A stretch of 64,000 nucleotides of DNA from the NCBI GenBank assembly GCA_037441385.1, contig JBBISH010000007.1, positions 1 through 64,000 on the forward strand. The letters run 5' to 3'. A model generated the notes under the pieces. The model was not told where the DNA came from and did no database searches. It saw only the letters and a list, made by a program, of their open reading frames with translations. This document shows, piece after piece, positions 11,400-19,914 of the stretch. Made by a program: the position numbers and the translations under genes. The first letter of the stretch is position 1. Each line of letters starts with the position of its first letter. The DNA comes from Myxococcales bacterium. GTDB taxonomy: Bacteria; Myxococcota_A; UBA9042.

Positions 11400-12983
11400 C
11401 TACTTGGCCACCTGACTGAGTTTGGCCCGCCGCCAGGCCAAGGCCAAGATCACACCCTGCAGCAGTGCAAACACCAAGCCAAACGGGATGTTGCCGGTGG
11501 CCTCGCGGCTGCCGACGGCGAACATCTCGCGGTATTTGGCGGCATCGGCGACCAAGTCTGGCTGTGACAAGCCAGCGTAAACGTTCAACATACCCCACTC
11601 GGCGCCGGCAATGGAGGTGATCGCCGTGGTCCCCACCATCACCAGGCCGATGGGCAACAGGTGATGTTTCCCCGCGGTGCGCCACTCGAGGAGTGCGACG
11701 AGCAGACCGACCACAAAGAACACCAGGGTGACGTAGGCGCCCGCACCCATTTCGCGAAGCGACGGGGTCGCCTTCCAGCCGACAAGGGCCATCAGCAGGC
11801 ACATGATCAGGCCGAACCAACTGGCTGCCGAGACAAAGCGCTCTACACCCCGCGCGGGCTGCTGCACCATGGCGGCGGCCATGAAGCCTTGAAAACGCTT
11901 GACGAACTCGCCAGCGTTGGCGGGCCGCGCCGTCGGGTCCGTCTGCATGGAGCTCCGCACCAGGTCGCGCAGGATCGGCGAGGCCTGCGGTGCGAGCTGG
12001 TCGATGTCGGGCGCCTGACCGTCGCGGGCCTGGGCCAGCACGTCGGTCACCGAAGCCCCTTGGTACGGCGGACGGCCGGTCAAGATGTGGAACAGCATGG
12101 CCCCCAAGGCAAAAACGTCGCAGCGCTCGTCGATGGCTGCAATGTCGCCGCGGGCCTGTTCGGGCGCCATGTAGGCCGGCGTGCCCAAGATCGAGCCGTG
12201 GAGCGTCATGCCTTGGGCACCCTGCTCCACCCGTTCCGGCTCGCCGTTTTTCTCGGTCAGGCCGCGGACTTTGGCAATACCCCAGTCCAGCAGCACCGCC
12301 TGGCCGTGGCTGCCGACGATGACGTTATCTGGTTTGATGTCGCGGTGAATCACGCCCTTTTCATGAGCGTGGGCCAGGGTTTGCGCCACCGCGGCCAGCA
12401 CCGGCAAGTACATCAGCCGATCCTCGTAGCGCGGCGCGCGCTTCAGCAGGGCCGACAAGGTCTCGCCCTCGACCAGCCGCATGGTGTACCAATGGCTGTC
12501 GTCGCGGGCGCTTCGTTCGTAAATAGTTGGAATACCTGGGTGATCCAACTGGGCGGTGATCAGCGCCTCTTGCTCGAAACGCCGCCGCAGCGTCGCGTCG
12601 TGTTTGGCGAGCAGGTGCTTGACGGCGACCTTGCGGCCCAGCCAGCGGTCCTGAGCCTCGATGACCCGGCCCATGCCACCGCGGCCCAGCTCGCGCACCT
12701 CGGCATAGCGCTGCAGCGAGTCGTGGACGGGCGGCGCGGCGTCCTCGGCCATGACCTGCCGCACGGTTTCGGCGATGCTCCCCGTACGCGGAGCCACGGT
12801 CGGGGCGCGGCTGGCGGTCGTCGGTTTGGTGGGAGCGGGCGCGGCCGCCAGCGTGTCCAGGTTGGTGTCGTCGGCGGCCAGTGTCTCGGCGTGGACGGCC
12901 GGATCACCCAACTGTTGGACAGTGGTCGGGTCCTGGCCGCCGGACGGAGGCGTGTGGGACGACGACGGGTCGGCGCGGACCAT
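11400..12983 (-). CDS. Membrane-bound Ser/Thr protein kinase
   Basis: GRGGMG, VAVK, HRDIKPDN, DWG, GTPAYMAPE; C-terminal TM helices; alternative start at 13031. Confidence 0.92.
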   Translation of the reverse strand: MVRADPSSSHTPPSGGQDPTTVQQLGDPAVHAETLAADDTNLDTLAAAPAPTKPTTASRAPTVAPRTGSIAETVRQVMAEDAAPPVHDSLQRYAEVRELGRGGMGRVIEAQDRWLGRKVAVKHLLAKHDATLRRRFEQEALITAQLDHPGIPTIYERSARDDSHWYTMRLVEGETLSALLKRAPRYEDRLMYLPVLAAVAQTLAHAHEKGVIHRDIKPDNVIVGSHGQAVLLDWGIAKVRGLTEKNGEPERVEQGAQGMTLHGSILGTPAYMAPEQARGDIAAIDERCDVFALGAMLFHILTGRPPYQGASVTDVLAQARDGQAPDIDQLAPQASPILRDLVRSSMQTDPTARPANAGEFVKRFQGFMAAAMVQQPARGVERFVSAASWFGLIMCLLMALVGWKATPSLREMGAGAYVTLVFFVVGLLVALLEWRTAGKHHLLPIGLVMVGTTAITSIAGAEWGMLNVYAGLSQPDLVADAAKYREMFAVGSREATGNIPFGLVFALLQGVILALAWRRAKLSQVAK

Positions 12984-13089
12984 GGGCCACTCCTGCAGCG
13001 GTTTTCGCAACCTGTCCGCTGGTTGTAGCATGATCGGCGGCGGCTGACCACACGGCGGGCGAGGCTCGCGACGGGCGCGGCCGGTGGGG

Positions 13090-13851
13090 CTATTTGGCGG
13101 CGGTAAAGACGAGCAAGTGCTGATACGGCAAGAGCTTGTCGTCTCTCGACTGCAGCGTGAAACCGGCCTGCTGGAGCTCGGTCACCATCACCTCGGGCGC
13201 CACGCGCATTTCTTTGGGCGGCCCGACCGGGATGTCGTCCATGCGGAAGTCGACGATCGCCACGCGCGCTCCGGGTGCCAACTGCTTGGCCAGCTTGCCC
13301 AGCCACGCTTGGCGGTTGCCCAGGTGGTGGTACACGTCGCAGAGGAGCACGAGATCCACGGGCTCGGGCAGGCTAGGATCGTCGACCTTGGCTTGTAGCG
13401 ACCTCAAGTTGCCGAGCTTTTCGCGCGCGGCCCGTTCGTTCAGGTAGCGGACCATGTCGGCCTCGATGTCCAGGCCAAAGACCTTGCCGTCGGGGGCCGC
13501 CCTGGCCAGCCGGACCGAGAAATAGCCAGTCCCCGAGCCGATATCCGCGATCTTCGCCCCTTTGCCCGGCGCCAGGGCCGCTACGACCGCATCGCCGCGC
13601 TGCCAGGCATCGCGCTCGGGCGACTCGAAGACCTTGGCCCACTCTTCGGCGTTGTCAAAGCGGTGGTGGGCGTTGTGGCTTTTGTGCGGATTCTCGCCTG
13701 GTTGCGGGTGGTGGTCCAACTCTGACCCGCCGTGGTGGTCGCCGTGATGCGGACAGCCAGCGGCCGCCGGGGCAGGTTCATGAGCGACTTGGGGCGATGA
13801 GCATGCGCAAAGGGCCAGGCCGGTCGCGGCCAGCCCGACGAAGCGGGTCAT
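13090..13851 (-). CDS. Class I SAM-dependent methyltransferase with lipoprotein-like signal and His-rich linker
   Basis: IADIGSGTGYF motif I, DVYHH; GGAG RBS upstream. Confidence 0.88.
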   Translation of the reverse strand: MTRFVGLAATGLALCACSSPQVAHEPAPAAAGCPHHGDHHGGSELDHHPQPGENPHKSHNAHHRFDNAEEWAKVFESPERDAWQRGDAVVAALAPGKGAKIADIGSGTGYFSVRLARAAPDGKVFGLDIEADMVRYLNERAAREKLGNLRSLQAKVDDPSLPEPVDLVLLCDVYHHLGNRQAWLGKLAKQLAPGARVAIVDFRMDDIPVGPPKEMRVAPEVMVTELQQAGFTLQSRDDKLLPYQHLLVFTAAK

Positions 13852-13886
13852 ATTCACTCCTTGTTTCAAAGGGAACTACCGCCCGG

Positions 13887-14309
13887 CTAGAGGGCGAACG
13901 TCGACAGGATGGCCGGGGCGCGCATAGCTCCGGAGACGCGCTGGGCCTCGCGACCGCCGCGCATCAGCACCAGGGTGGGAATGCCCGTGATCTGGAACTT
14001 GGAGGCGAGCTGGGGCACGGCGTCGGTGTTGACCTTAGCGACGAGGACGCGGCCGGCCTTCTGCTCGGCGATCTTGTCAAGCTCGGGCGCGACGGTCCGG
14101 CACGGCCCGCACCATGGCGCCCAGAAGTCGACCAGAACTGGCACGCTGGAGCTGCTCGTCAGCTCTTGGAATTCCTCGGGGCTGCCGACGTGAACCGGCT
14201 TGGTGACCGGCAAGATTGGCTCTTTGCAGGTGGCGCAGCGCGCAGCCTCGCCCAGGCGGCTGGCGGGGACGCGGTTGGCTTGGTGGCACTTGGGGCAGGC
14301 GATGATCAT
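13887..14309 (-). CDS. trxC: Thioredoxin 2 (zinc-finger thioredoxin)
   Basis: CPKC...CATC zinc motif plus WCGPC active site. Confidence 0.92.
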   Translation of the reverse strand: MIIACPKCHQANRVPASRLGEAARCATCKEPILPVTKPVHVGSPEEFQELTSSSSVPVLVDFWAPWCGPCRTVAPELDKIAEQKAGRVLVAKVNTDAVPQLASKFQITGIPTLVLMRGGREAQRVSGAMRAPAILSTFAL

Positions 14310-14384
14310 GGCGCTCACGGGGGGCCCGGGGCAGTGGGCCGCACCGGCAATGTAGGAGCCGCGCGCCACCGCGCCAGATTCACG

Positions 14385-14667
14385 TTGGGGGGCAATTTCT
14401 ACCCCGCATTTTCAAAGGGATTTGGGCGTCCCGGCCCGGCGCGCGCCCCGTTGGGCGGCAATTTCTGACAAATGGGGGGCAATTTCTGAACGGCCCGCGC
14501 CGGACCGTCGCGCTGCGGCCGCCGGTCGCACGGAGCCCGGGCTGGACCGCCACCGCGTCCTCCCGGCGGTGGGGGGGCCCCGACGGCGCCGCCACCCCAA
14601 AGGGGCCAGCATCGCTGACGCAAAACTCAATTCGTAGGCATTTCAACGAGTAGAAATTGCCCCCCAA
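14385..14667. repeat. MITE-like element with 18-bp perfect terminal inverted repeats and two internal copies of the end motif
   Basis: ttggggggcaatttctac at 14385-14402; exact reverse complement at 14650-14667; variants at 14451-14469 and 14473-14489. Confidence 0.7.
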
Positions 14668-14681
14668 ACCATCTTGAGGGG

Positions 14682-15875
14682 CTACCGCTTGGCGGCCAGG
14701 TCCACGTGGGTGACTTCGACGTCTGCGCCGCCGCCGGTCCCGGCCTCGACCACCCGCCGCCAGCCGCGCACCAGGGCGCCCACGGCCTGCTGCACGTCCT
14801 CCAGGCTGGTCGAGCGGCCCAGGCTGAGGCGCACCGTCCCGCTCGCGGCTGCGGCCTCCACGCCCATCGCCAGCAGCACGGCGGGCGCGGTGACGCTGCC
14901 GTCGTGGCAAGCCGACCCCGTCGACGCTGCCAGCTCGGGTGCCGCTGCCAGCACCGCATGGCCGGTCACCTTGGGGAAGCGCACGCTCAGCGTGTTCGGC
15001 AAGCGCGGTGCCCCCTGACCGTTGCAGACCAGGCCTGGAATGCCCGCCTGCAGGCTCTGCCACAGGGTATCGCGCAAGCCAGCGATTCGTCTCGCGTATC
15101 TATCTAGTTCCGCTGTGGCCAGCTCCACCGCCACGCCCAGGCCGACGATCGAGGCCACATTCTCCGTCCCCGGCCGCAGCCCGCGCTCGTGCCCAGCACC
15201 CAACAGGACCGGCGAAAGCGGAGTCCCAGTGCGCACGTACAAGGCACCCACGCCCTTGGGCGCGCCCAGCTTGTGGCCGGCGACAGTCAGCAGGTCGACA
15301 CGCAAGTCCTCGACCCGCACCGGGATCTTGCCCACGGCCTGCGCCGCATCCGCGTGGATCACCGCGCTGTGGCGGTGGGCCAGCTTCGCCATGTCCAGCA
15401 GCGGCTGGATCACCCCCGTCTCGTTGTGGGCGTACAGCACGGAAACCAGGGCGGTATTGGTGTCCACGAACCGGTCCAGCTCGTCCAGGTCGACCAGCCC
15501 GTCGCCGTCCACGCCCAGGCGATCCACGCGATAGCCATTGCGCGCCAGGTAGTTGCATGGCTCCGCTGTCGCCGGGTGCTCCACAGCGGTCGTCACCACG
15601 TGCTTGCGGTACGGCAACGCCGCGGTCACCCCGCGGATCGCCAGGTTGTTCGCCTCGGTCCCACCCGAAGTAAAGAGAATCTCTTGGGGTTTACAGCCAA
15701 GTGCCGCCGCCAACTGGTCGCGCGCGCGCTCCACGGCTTGCCGGGCCCGCTGGCCGTACACGTGGGCGCTCGACGGATTGCCAAAGTGCTGCGTCAGATA
15801 CGGCAGCATCGCCTCCAGCACTTCTTGGCGCACTGGCGTAGTGGCATTGTAGTCCAGGTAGATGGGATCACTCAC
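14682..15875 (-). CDS. Cysteine desulfurase (IscS/NifS group I)
   Basis: IYLDYNATTP, FTSGGTEANN, HK PLP lysine, STGSACH; GTG start overlaps the upstream stop. Confidence 0.92.
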   Translation of the reverse strand: MSDPIYLDYNATTPVRQEVLEAMLPYLTQHFGNPSSAHVYGQRARQAVERARDQLAAALGCKPQEILFTSGGTEANNLAIRGVTAALPYRKHVVTTAVEHPATAEPCNYLARNGYRVDRLGVDGDGLVDLDELDRFVDTNTALVSVLYAHNETGVIQPLLDMAKLAHRHSAVIHADAAQAVGKIPVRVEDLRVDLLTVAGHKLGAPKGVGALYVRTGTPLSPVLLGAGHERGLRPGTENVASIVGLGVAVELATAELDRYARRIAGLRDTLWQSLQAGIPGLVCNGQGAPRLPNTLSVRFPKVTGHAVLAAAPELAASTGSACHDGSVTAPAVLLAMGVEAAAASGTVRLSLGRSTSLEDVQQAVGALVRGWRRVVEAGTGGGADVEVTHVDLAAKR

Positions 15876-16635
15876 GATTGCCCTCTTCCAGGTCCGCAGT
15901 TTGCGCCTCGCCGGGCAGGTAGAAGGCGCGCTCGGCGATGAACCGCTCTTGCGCCACCGCATAGTCGCTCGGTCGGCCGATGTCGAGCCAACGCCCGTGG
16001 CCCCAGTCAAAAGTGCCCACCGGGTCGCCCTTGGCCAACATCGCCAGCACCAAGTCATCAAAACCAAAGCGCTGCCCAGGCTGGAAGTAGCCGAGCACGC
16101 GCCGGTTCATCGCGTACACGCCCATCGACACACGGAAATCGTAGGTCGGCTTCTCGACAAAGCGGGTCACGCAGCCATCGCCGCCCGTCTCCAAAACCCC
16201 AAGATCCACCTTGACTTGCTTGGGGTACGTCGCCACCGTCAGCGTACGACCCGAAGCGCGGTGATTCGCCAGCAGCGCGGCAAAGTCGATGTCGCTGAGC
16301 ACATCGCCGTTGAGCACCAAGAAGTCGTCGGGCAGCCGGTCGGCCAGCAGCGCCAGCGGCCCCACCGTGCCCAGCGGCTGCTCCTCGCGCTGGTACTCGA
16401 TGCGCAGACCAAACCGGTCGCCGTCACCCAGCACCGCCTGGATCAGGTGCCCCAGATAGCCAATCGAGACGATGACTTTCTCGATCCCCCGGTAGCGCAG
16501 CTGCCGCAGCAGGATCTCGGCGATGGCTTCGCGCTCGATCGGCACCAGCGGCTTGGGGATGACCGCCGTCAGCGGCGCCAGGCGCGAGCCCAACCCGCCC
16601 GCCAGAACAATCGCTGTATTGGGAAGTTGCGCCAC
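15868..16635 (-). CDS. Sugar-phosphate nucleotidyltransferase
   Basis: LAGGLGSRL.P..PKPL, PLGTVG, LNGD, FVEKP, WLDIGRP. Confidence 0.9.
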   Translation of the reverse strand: MAQLPNTAIVLAGGLGSRLAPLTAVIPKPLVPIEREAIAEILLRQLRYRGIEKVIVSIGYLGHLIQAVLGDGDRFGLRIEYQREEQPLGTVGPLALLADRLPDDFLVLNGDVLSDIDFAALLANHRASGRTLTVATYPKQVKVDLGVLETGGDGCVTRFVEKPTYDFRVSMGVYAMNRRVLGYFQPGQRFGFDDLVLAMLAKGDPVGTFDWGHGRWLDIGRPSDYAVAQERFIAERAFYLPGEAQTADLEEGNRE

Positions 16636-16638
16636 GAG

Positions 16639-17817
16639 CTACCCCACCGCCTGCGCGAGCGAGTGTTTCAGCGCGCGCACCACCAGGTCGATGTCGTCCT
16701 CGGTCAACTCCGCGTACAAAGGCAACGTGAGCAGCCGCTCGGCCACGAAATCGACCCCGCTCAAGTTCTGGGTGCGGACCAACTCCGAGTCACGGTGCAG
16801 CGTAAACGTGTGGATCGGCGGATAGTGCACAGAAGTCTGAATCCCCTGCTCTTTCATGGCCTGCTGCACCGCCAGCCGCGGCACGCCCACCGGCAGCAGC
16901 ACCGGCAGGATGTGCGGCGCCACCCGACCCTCGGGCAAGCGCTCGCTGAAGGGCACCTCCAACCCCGGAACCTTCGCCAGCTTCTGCCGGTACAGCGCCA
17001 CCGCCTCGGCGCGCTTGCCGTTGTTCGCAGGCAGGCGCGACAGCTGCGAAAGCCCAAGCGCGGCGCGGATCTCGTCCATCCGGTAGTTGAAGCCCAGGTC
17101 GACCACGTCGTAGCTGTAGGCGTGGCCCTTGTGCCGGTCCAGCGTCAGCGTGGTCATCCCGTGCGAGCGAAGCAGCCGCAGCTTCTCGGCAATCTCGGGG
17201 TGGCGCGTCACCACCATGCCGCCCTCGCCTGTGGTCATGTTCTTGTTCGAAAAGAACGAAAAACAGCCGATATCGCCAATCGTCCCCAGCGCTTGCGCCG
17301 GCTCGTCGTCGCGGACGATGCAGTCCGCCAAGGGGGCGTGGGCCACGTCCTCGACAATCGCGATGCCGCGCTTCTTGCACTCGGCCACCAAGCGCCGCAT
17401 GTCGCACGGCTGGCCGGCGTAGTGGACGGGAATCACGGCGCGCGTCTTGGGCGTGATCTTGGCCAAGACGTCGTCCGGGCACAGGGTCAAGTCGCCCGGG
17501 CCCACAATGTCGGCCAGTACCACCGTCGCGCCCGTGTACAGCACCGCGTTCGCCGTCGCGACAAAGGTCAAGCTGGGCACGATGACTTCGTCGCCTGGGC
17601 CGATGCCCAGCGCCACCAGCGCCATGTGCAGCGCCACCGTGCAGTTCGCCACGGCGTAGGCCGTCGGCGGCGCCAGCGGATCCAAGGCGCGAGCAAAAGC
17701 CGCTTCGAATTCCGCGGTCTTGGGCCCCATCGTCAGCCAGTTCGACTTCATCACCTCGCTCACCGCGGCGTGGTCGTCGGGGTGCAGGCGCAGGTCGCTC
17801 AGGGTCACTTTCCACAT
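16639..17817 (-). CDS. DegT/DnrJ/EryC1/StrS family aminotransferase
   Basis: GPGDEVIVPSLTFVAT, EDVAHA, FSFFSNKNMTTGEGG, GFNYRM. Confidence 0.93.
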   Translation of the reverse strand: MWKVTLSDLRLHPDDHAAVSEVMKSNWLTMGPKTAEFEAAFARALDPLAPPTAYAVANCTVALHMALVALGIGPGDEVIVPSLTFVATANAVLYTGATVVLADIVGPGDLTLCPDDVLAKITPKTRAVIPVHYAGQPCDMRRLVAECKKRGIAIVEDVAHAPLADCIVRDDEPAQALGTIGDIGCFSFFSNKNMTTGEGGMVVTRHPEIAEKLRLLRSHGMTTLTLDRHKGHAYSYDVVDLGFNYRMDEIRAALGLSQLSRLPANNGKRAEAVALYRQKLAKVPGLEVPFSERLPEGRVAPHILPVLLPVGVPRLAVQQAMKEQGIQTSVHYPPIHTFTLHRDSELVRTQNLSGVDFVAERLLTLPLYAELTEDDIDLVVRALKHSLAQAVG

Positions 17818-17829
17818 GGCAGCCTCGTT

Positions 17830-19146
17830 CTACTTCTTGCTTTTGTTCGATTTATTTGCGGTCACCTGCTCCAGCAGGCCAGCAAAGGTCTGCGCCGCCT
17901 CGGCCGCCGTCAGCCCCTTCAGACTGGTAGCGATGGTGCGCTGGCGACCCTTTTGATGTTCATCAAGCAGCCATTTGGCCATGGCCTCTGCGTCCGCCGT
18001 TCCGAACTGAGCGCCACCTTGACATTCATCGAGTATCTTGCCCGACTCCGGGTTGTCGCTGACCGACAGCACCGGCCGCCGCGAACCCAGATAGTCGTAG
18101 AACTTGCTGGCGATGCGCTGGTCCGCGCCCGGCTCGGCGATGTAGACCAGCACGTCGGCCGCCTGACAGATGGCGCCGATCTGATGATACGGCAACGGCT
18201 TTTCCGTCTTGAACAGTTCGGAGACCCCGAGCTCGGCGGCCAACTGCAGGGCCCCCTGCCCATAAGCCCCGGTCGAGACCACTTGGATCTGGTCGCGCGG
18301 CAACCCCAGCTCCAAGGCCCGCGCCACCGCGCGCACCAGCGGATCGGCGATGCGAAACCGCGAGAAATTGCCCAGATGCAGCAGCGTGTAGCGGTCAAAG
18401 CCGGGGTGCTGGCCGTGGCTCACCAGATCGCCGTCAAAGAAGTTGCGAATCAGCGACCACTTGCTCTCGGCCATGTCCGGGTAAAAGGCACGGTAATCGT
18501 CTAGGCTCACCTGGGTGTTGATGACCATGTGGTCAGCCTGGTCAAAACAGTAGCGCTCTAGCTTGTCTTCCAGCCAGCGCTGCGGCGGCATCCGCCGTGG
18601 CCGGCGCAGCTTGCAGGGGGCCCAAATGTCGCGAAAATCCTGGATGAGCGGCAGCCCAGTCGCTTGGGCCAGCTTGGCCCCCACCACCGCCGCGGCAAAC
18701 GGATCAGCGTTGACGACGATGGCCTCGATCTGCGGATGATCCTTCAGAATCGCCTTGGCTGCACGATAGGCCCACAGCATGTCGGGCCCGTGCTCGGACA
18801 GAGGCACCAACTCGGGGTTCTGCCAACTCTGCGGGATCAGGCGCTCGTGCAGCGGCTTGCCCTTCTCGACCCGGTGCTCGGCCGGAACGCCCGGCTTGCC
18901 CTTGGGCGGCTGGTACAGGTGCAGGTAGGCCTTGGCGGCGCGGTGGCTGAAATCGCGAATGACCTCAACGGACTCCGGCACAAAGCGCTCGAGCTCGGCG
19001 TCCATCCCGTCGCTGGGCCACAGGTCGCACAACACGACCGGCTGCCAGCCCAACGCGGGCAATTGACGCACGAATTTCAAAGGTCGCAGCGCCCCCACCT
19101 GCGTCTGCGGCGGGAAATAGGGTGAAATGTACAGGAATTGACGCAT
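17830..19146 (-). CDS. Glycosyltransferase (GT-B, family 4-like)
   Basis: ISPYFPP..GALR, QDFRDIW, SKFYDYLG.RPVL. Confidence 0.85.
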   Translation of the reverse strand: MRQFLYISPYFPPQTQVGALRPLKFVRQLPALGWQPVVLCDLWPSDGMDAELERFVPESVEVIRDFSHRAAKAYLHLYQPPKGKPGVPAEHRVEKGKPLHERLIPQSWQNPELVPLSEHGPDMLWAYRAAKAILKDHPQIEAIVVNADPFAAAVVGAKLAQATGLPLIQDFRDIWAPCKLRRPRRMPPQRWLEDKLERYCFDQADHMVINTQVSLDDYRAFYPDMAESKWSLIRNFFDGDLVSHGQHPGFDRYTLLHLGNFSRFRIADPLVRAVARALELGLPRDQIQVVSTGAYGQGALQLAAELGVSELFKTEKPLPYHQIGAICQAADVLVYIAEPGADQRIASKFYDYLGSRRPVLSVSDNPESGKILDECQGGAQFGTADAEAMAKWLLDEHQKGRQRTIATSLKGLTAAEAAQTFAGLLEQVTANKSNKSKK

Positions 19147-19449
19147 CTTCTGGGTCGCCGGGCCGGCGTGAACCTGCGCGGGGCCGGCGCAGCGGGGCGA
19201 AGTGTAAACGTTGCCGGGGGATGGCGCTATAGGAGAACGCCGGGATGAAAGGGCCCTCATCCCCCGCGTCGAGGGCGCGACCCATCCCACTTAAGTGGGC
19301 GAGAGGTAAAGACAAATGCCTTGCACGTCCCGAGCGCCTGCCCGACGCGGCGAACGCAAAGAACCTGTCGGGCGGGGTCTTGGCGCCCGCCGTAGGCCTG
19401 TGCACGATCGCGACCTGGAGTGCGAACGCGGCCTTGAGCCGAGGGTAAC

Positions 19450-19657
19450 CCCAGGTTGAGGTGAGCCCAGGCTCAGGCAAGCCCAGGTTGAGGCGAACCC
19501 AGGTTGAGGCGAGCCCAGGTTGAGGCGAGCCCAGGTTGAGGCGAGCCCAGGTTGAGGCGAGCCCAGGTTCAGGCGAGCCCAGGTTCAGGCGAGCCCAGGT
19601 TCAGGCGAGCCCAGGTTCAGGCGACCCCAGGTTCAGGCGACCCCAGGTTCAGGCGAC
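19450..19657. repeat. Tandem array of 13 x 16-bp units (consensus cccaggtt[g/c]aggcgag)
   Basis: Units counted directly, head-to-tail with no spacers; followed by a partial unit that opens a hairpin. Confidence 0.95.
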
Positions 19658-19776
19658 CCCAGGTTGAAACCTGGGGCTCGCAATCAAGAAGTCCGCCTCC
19701 GCGGACTCTTTTGGGCGGAAGCCATAACCGGTGAAGGCCGGTTTCTTGAGTGCGAGCCAGGGGTTTTAACCCCTGG
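19657..19776. repeat. REPIN/BIME-like palindromic doublet
   Basis: Hairpins ccccaggttgaaacctgggg and ccaggggttttaacccctgg at the ends; inner inverted pair gctcgcaatcaagaa (19676-19690) / ttcttgagtgcgagc (19743-19757); inner agtccgcctccgcggact hairpin. Confidence 0.75.
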
Positions 19777-19914
19777 TCGCCATTGCGTCTGGGAATTCTT
19801 GTGCCCCGCCGTGAGCCTCCGCACGCTCGCACCCCCGATTGCCGGCTCGCCGTTGACAGCCCTGGCCACCCGCGGCAGGCTGCGCCGGCCCCATTCGGCA
19901 CCCAGAGGCTGCGC

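Noticed and set aside
14682..15875. DndA of a phosphorothioate system
   Set aside because: No dndBCDE or ssp genes in the window
15862..18504. 880-aa plus-strand ORF and similar long antisense ORFs (e.g. 32747-34507, 37438-39573)
   Set aside because: Shadow frames opposite well-supported genes in high-GC DNA; Arg/Gln/His-rich with no motifs
19450..19657. CRISPR array
   Set aside because: Units are contiguous 16-mers with no unique spacers, and no cas genes are present
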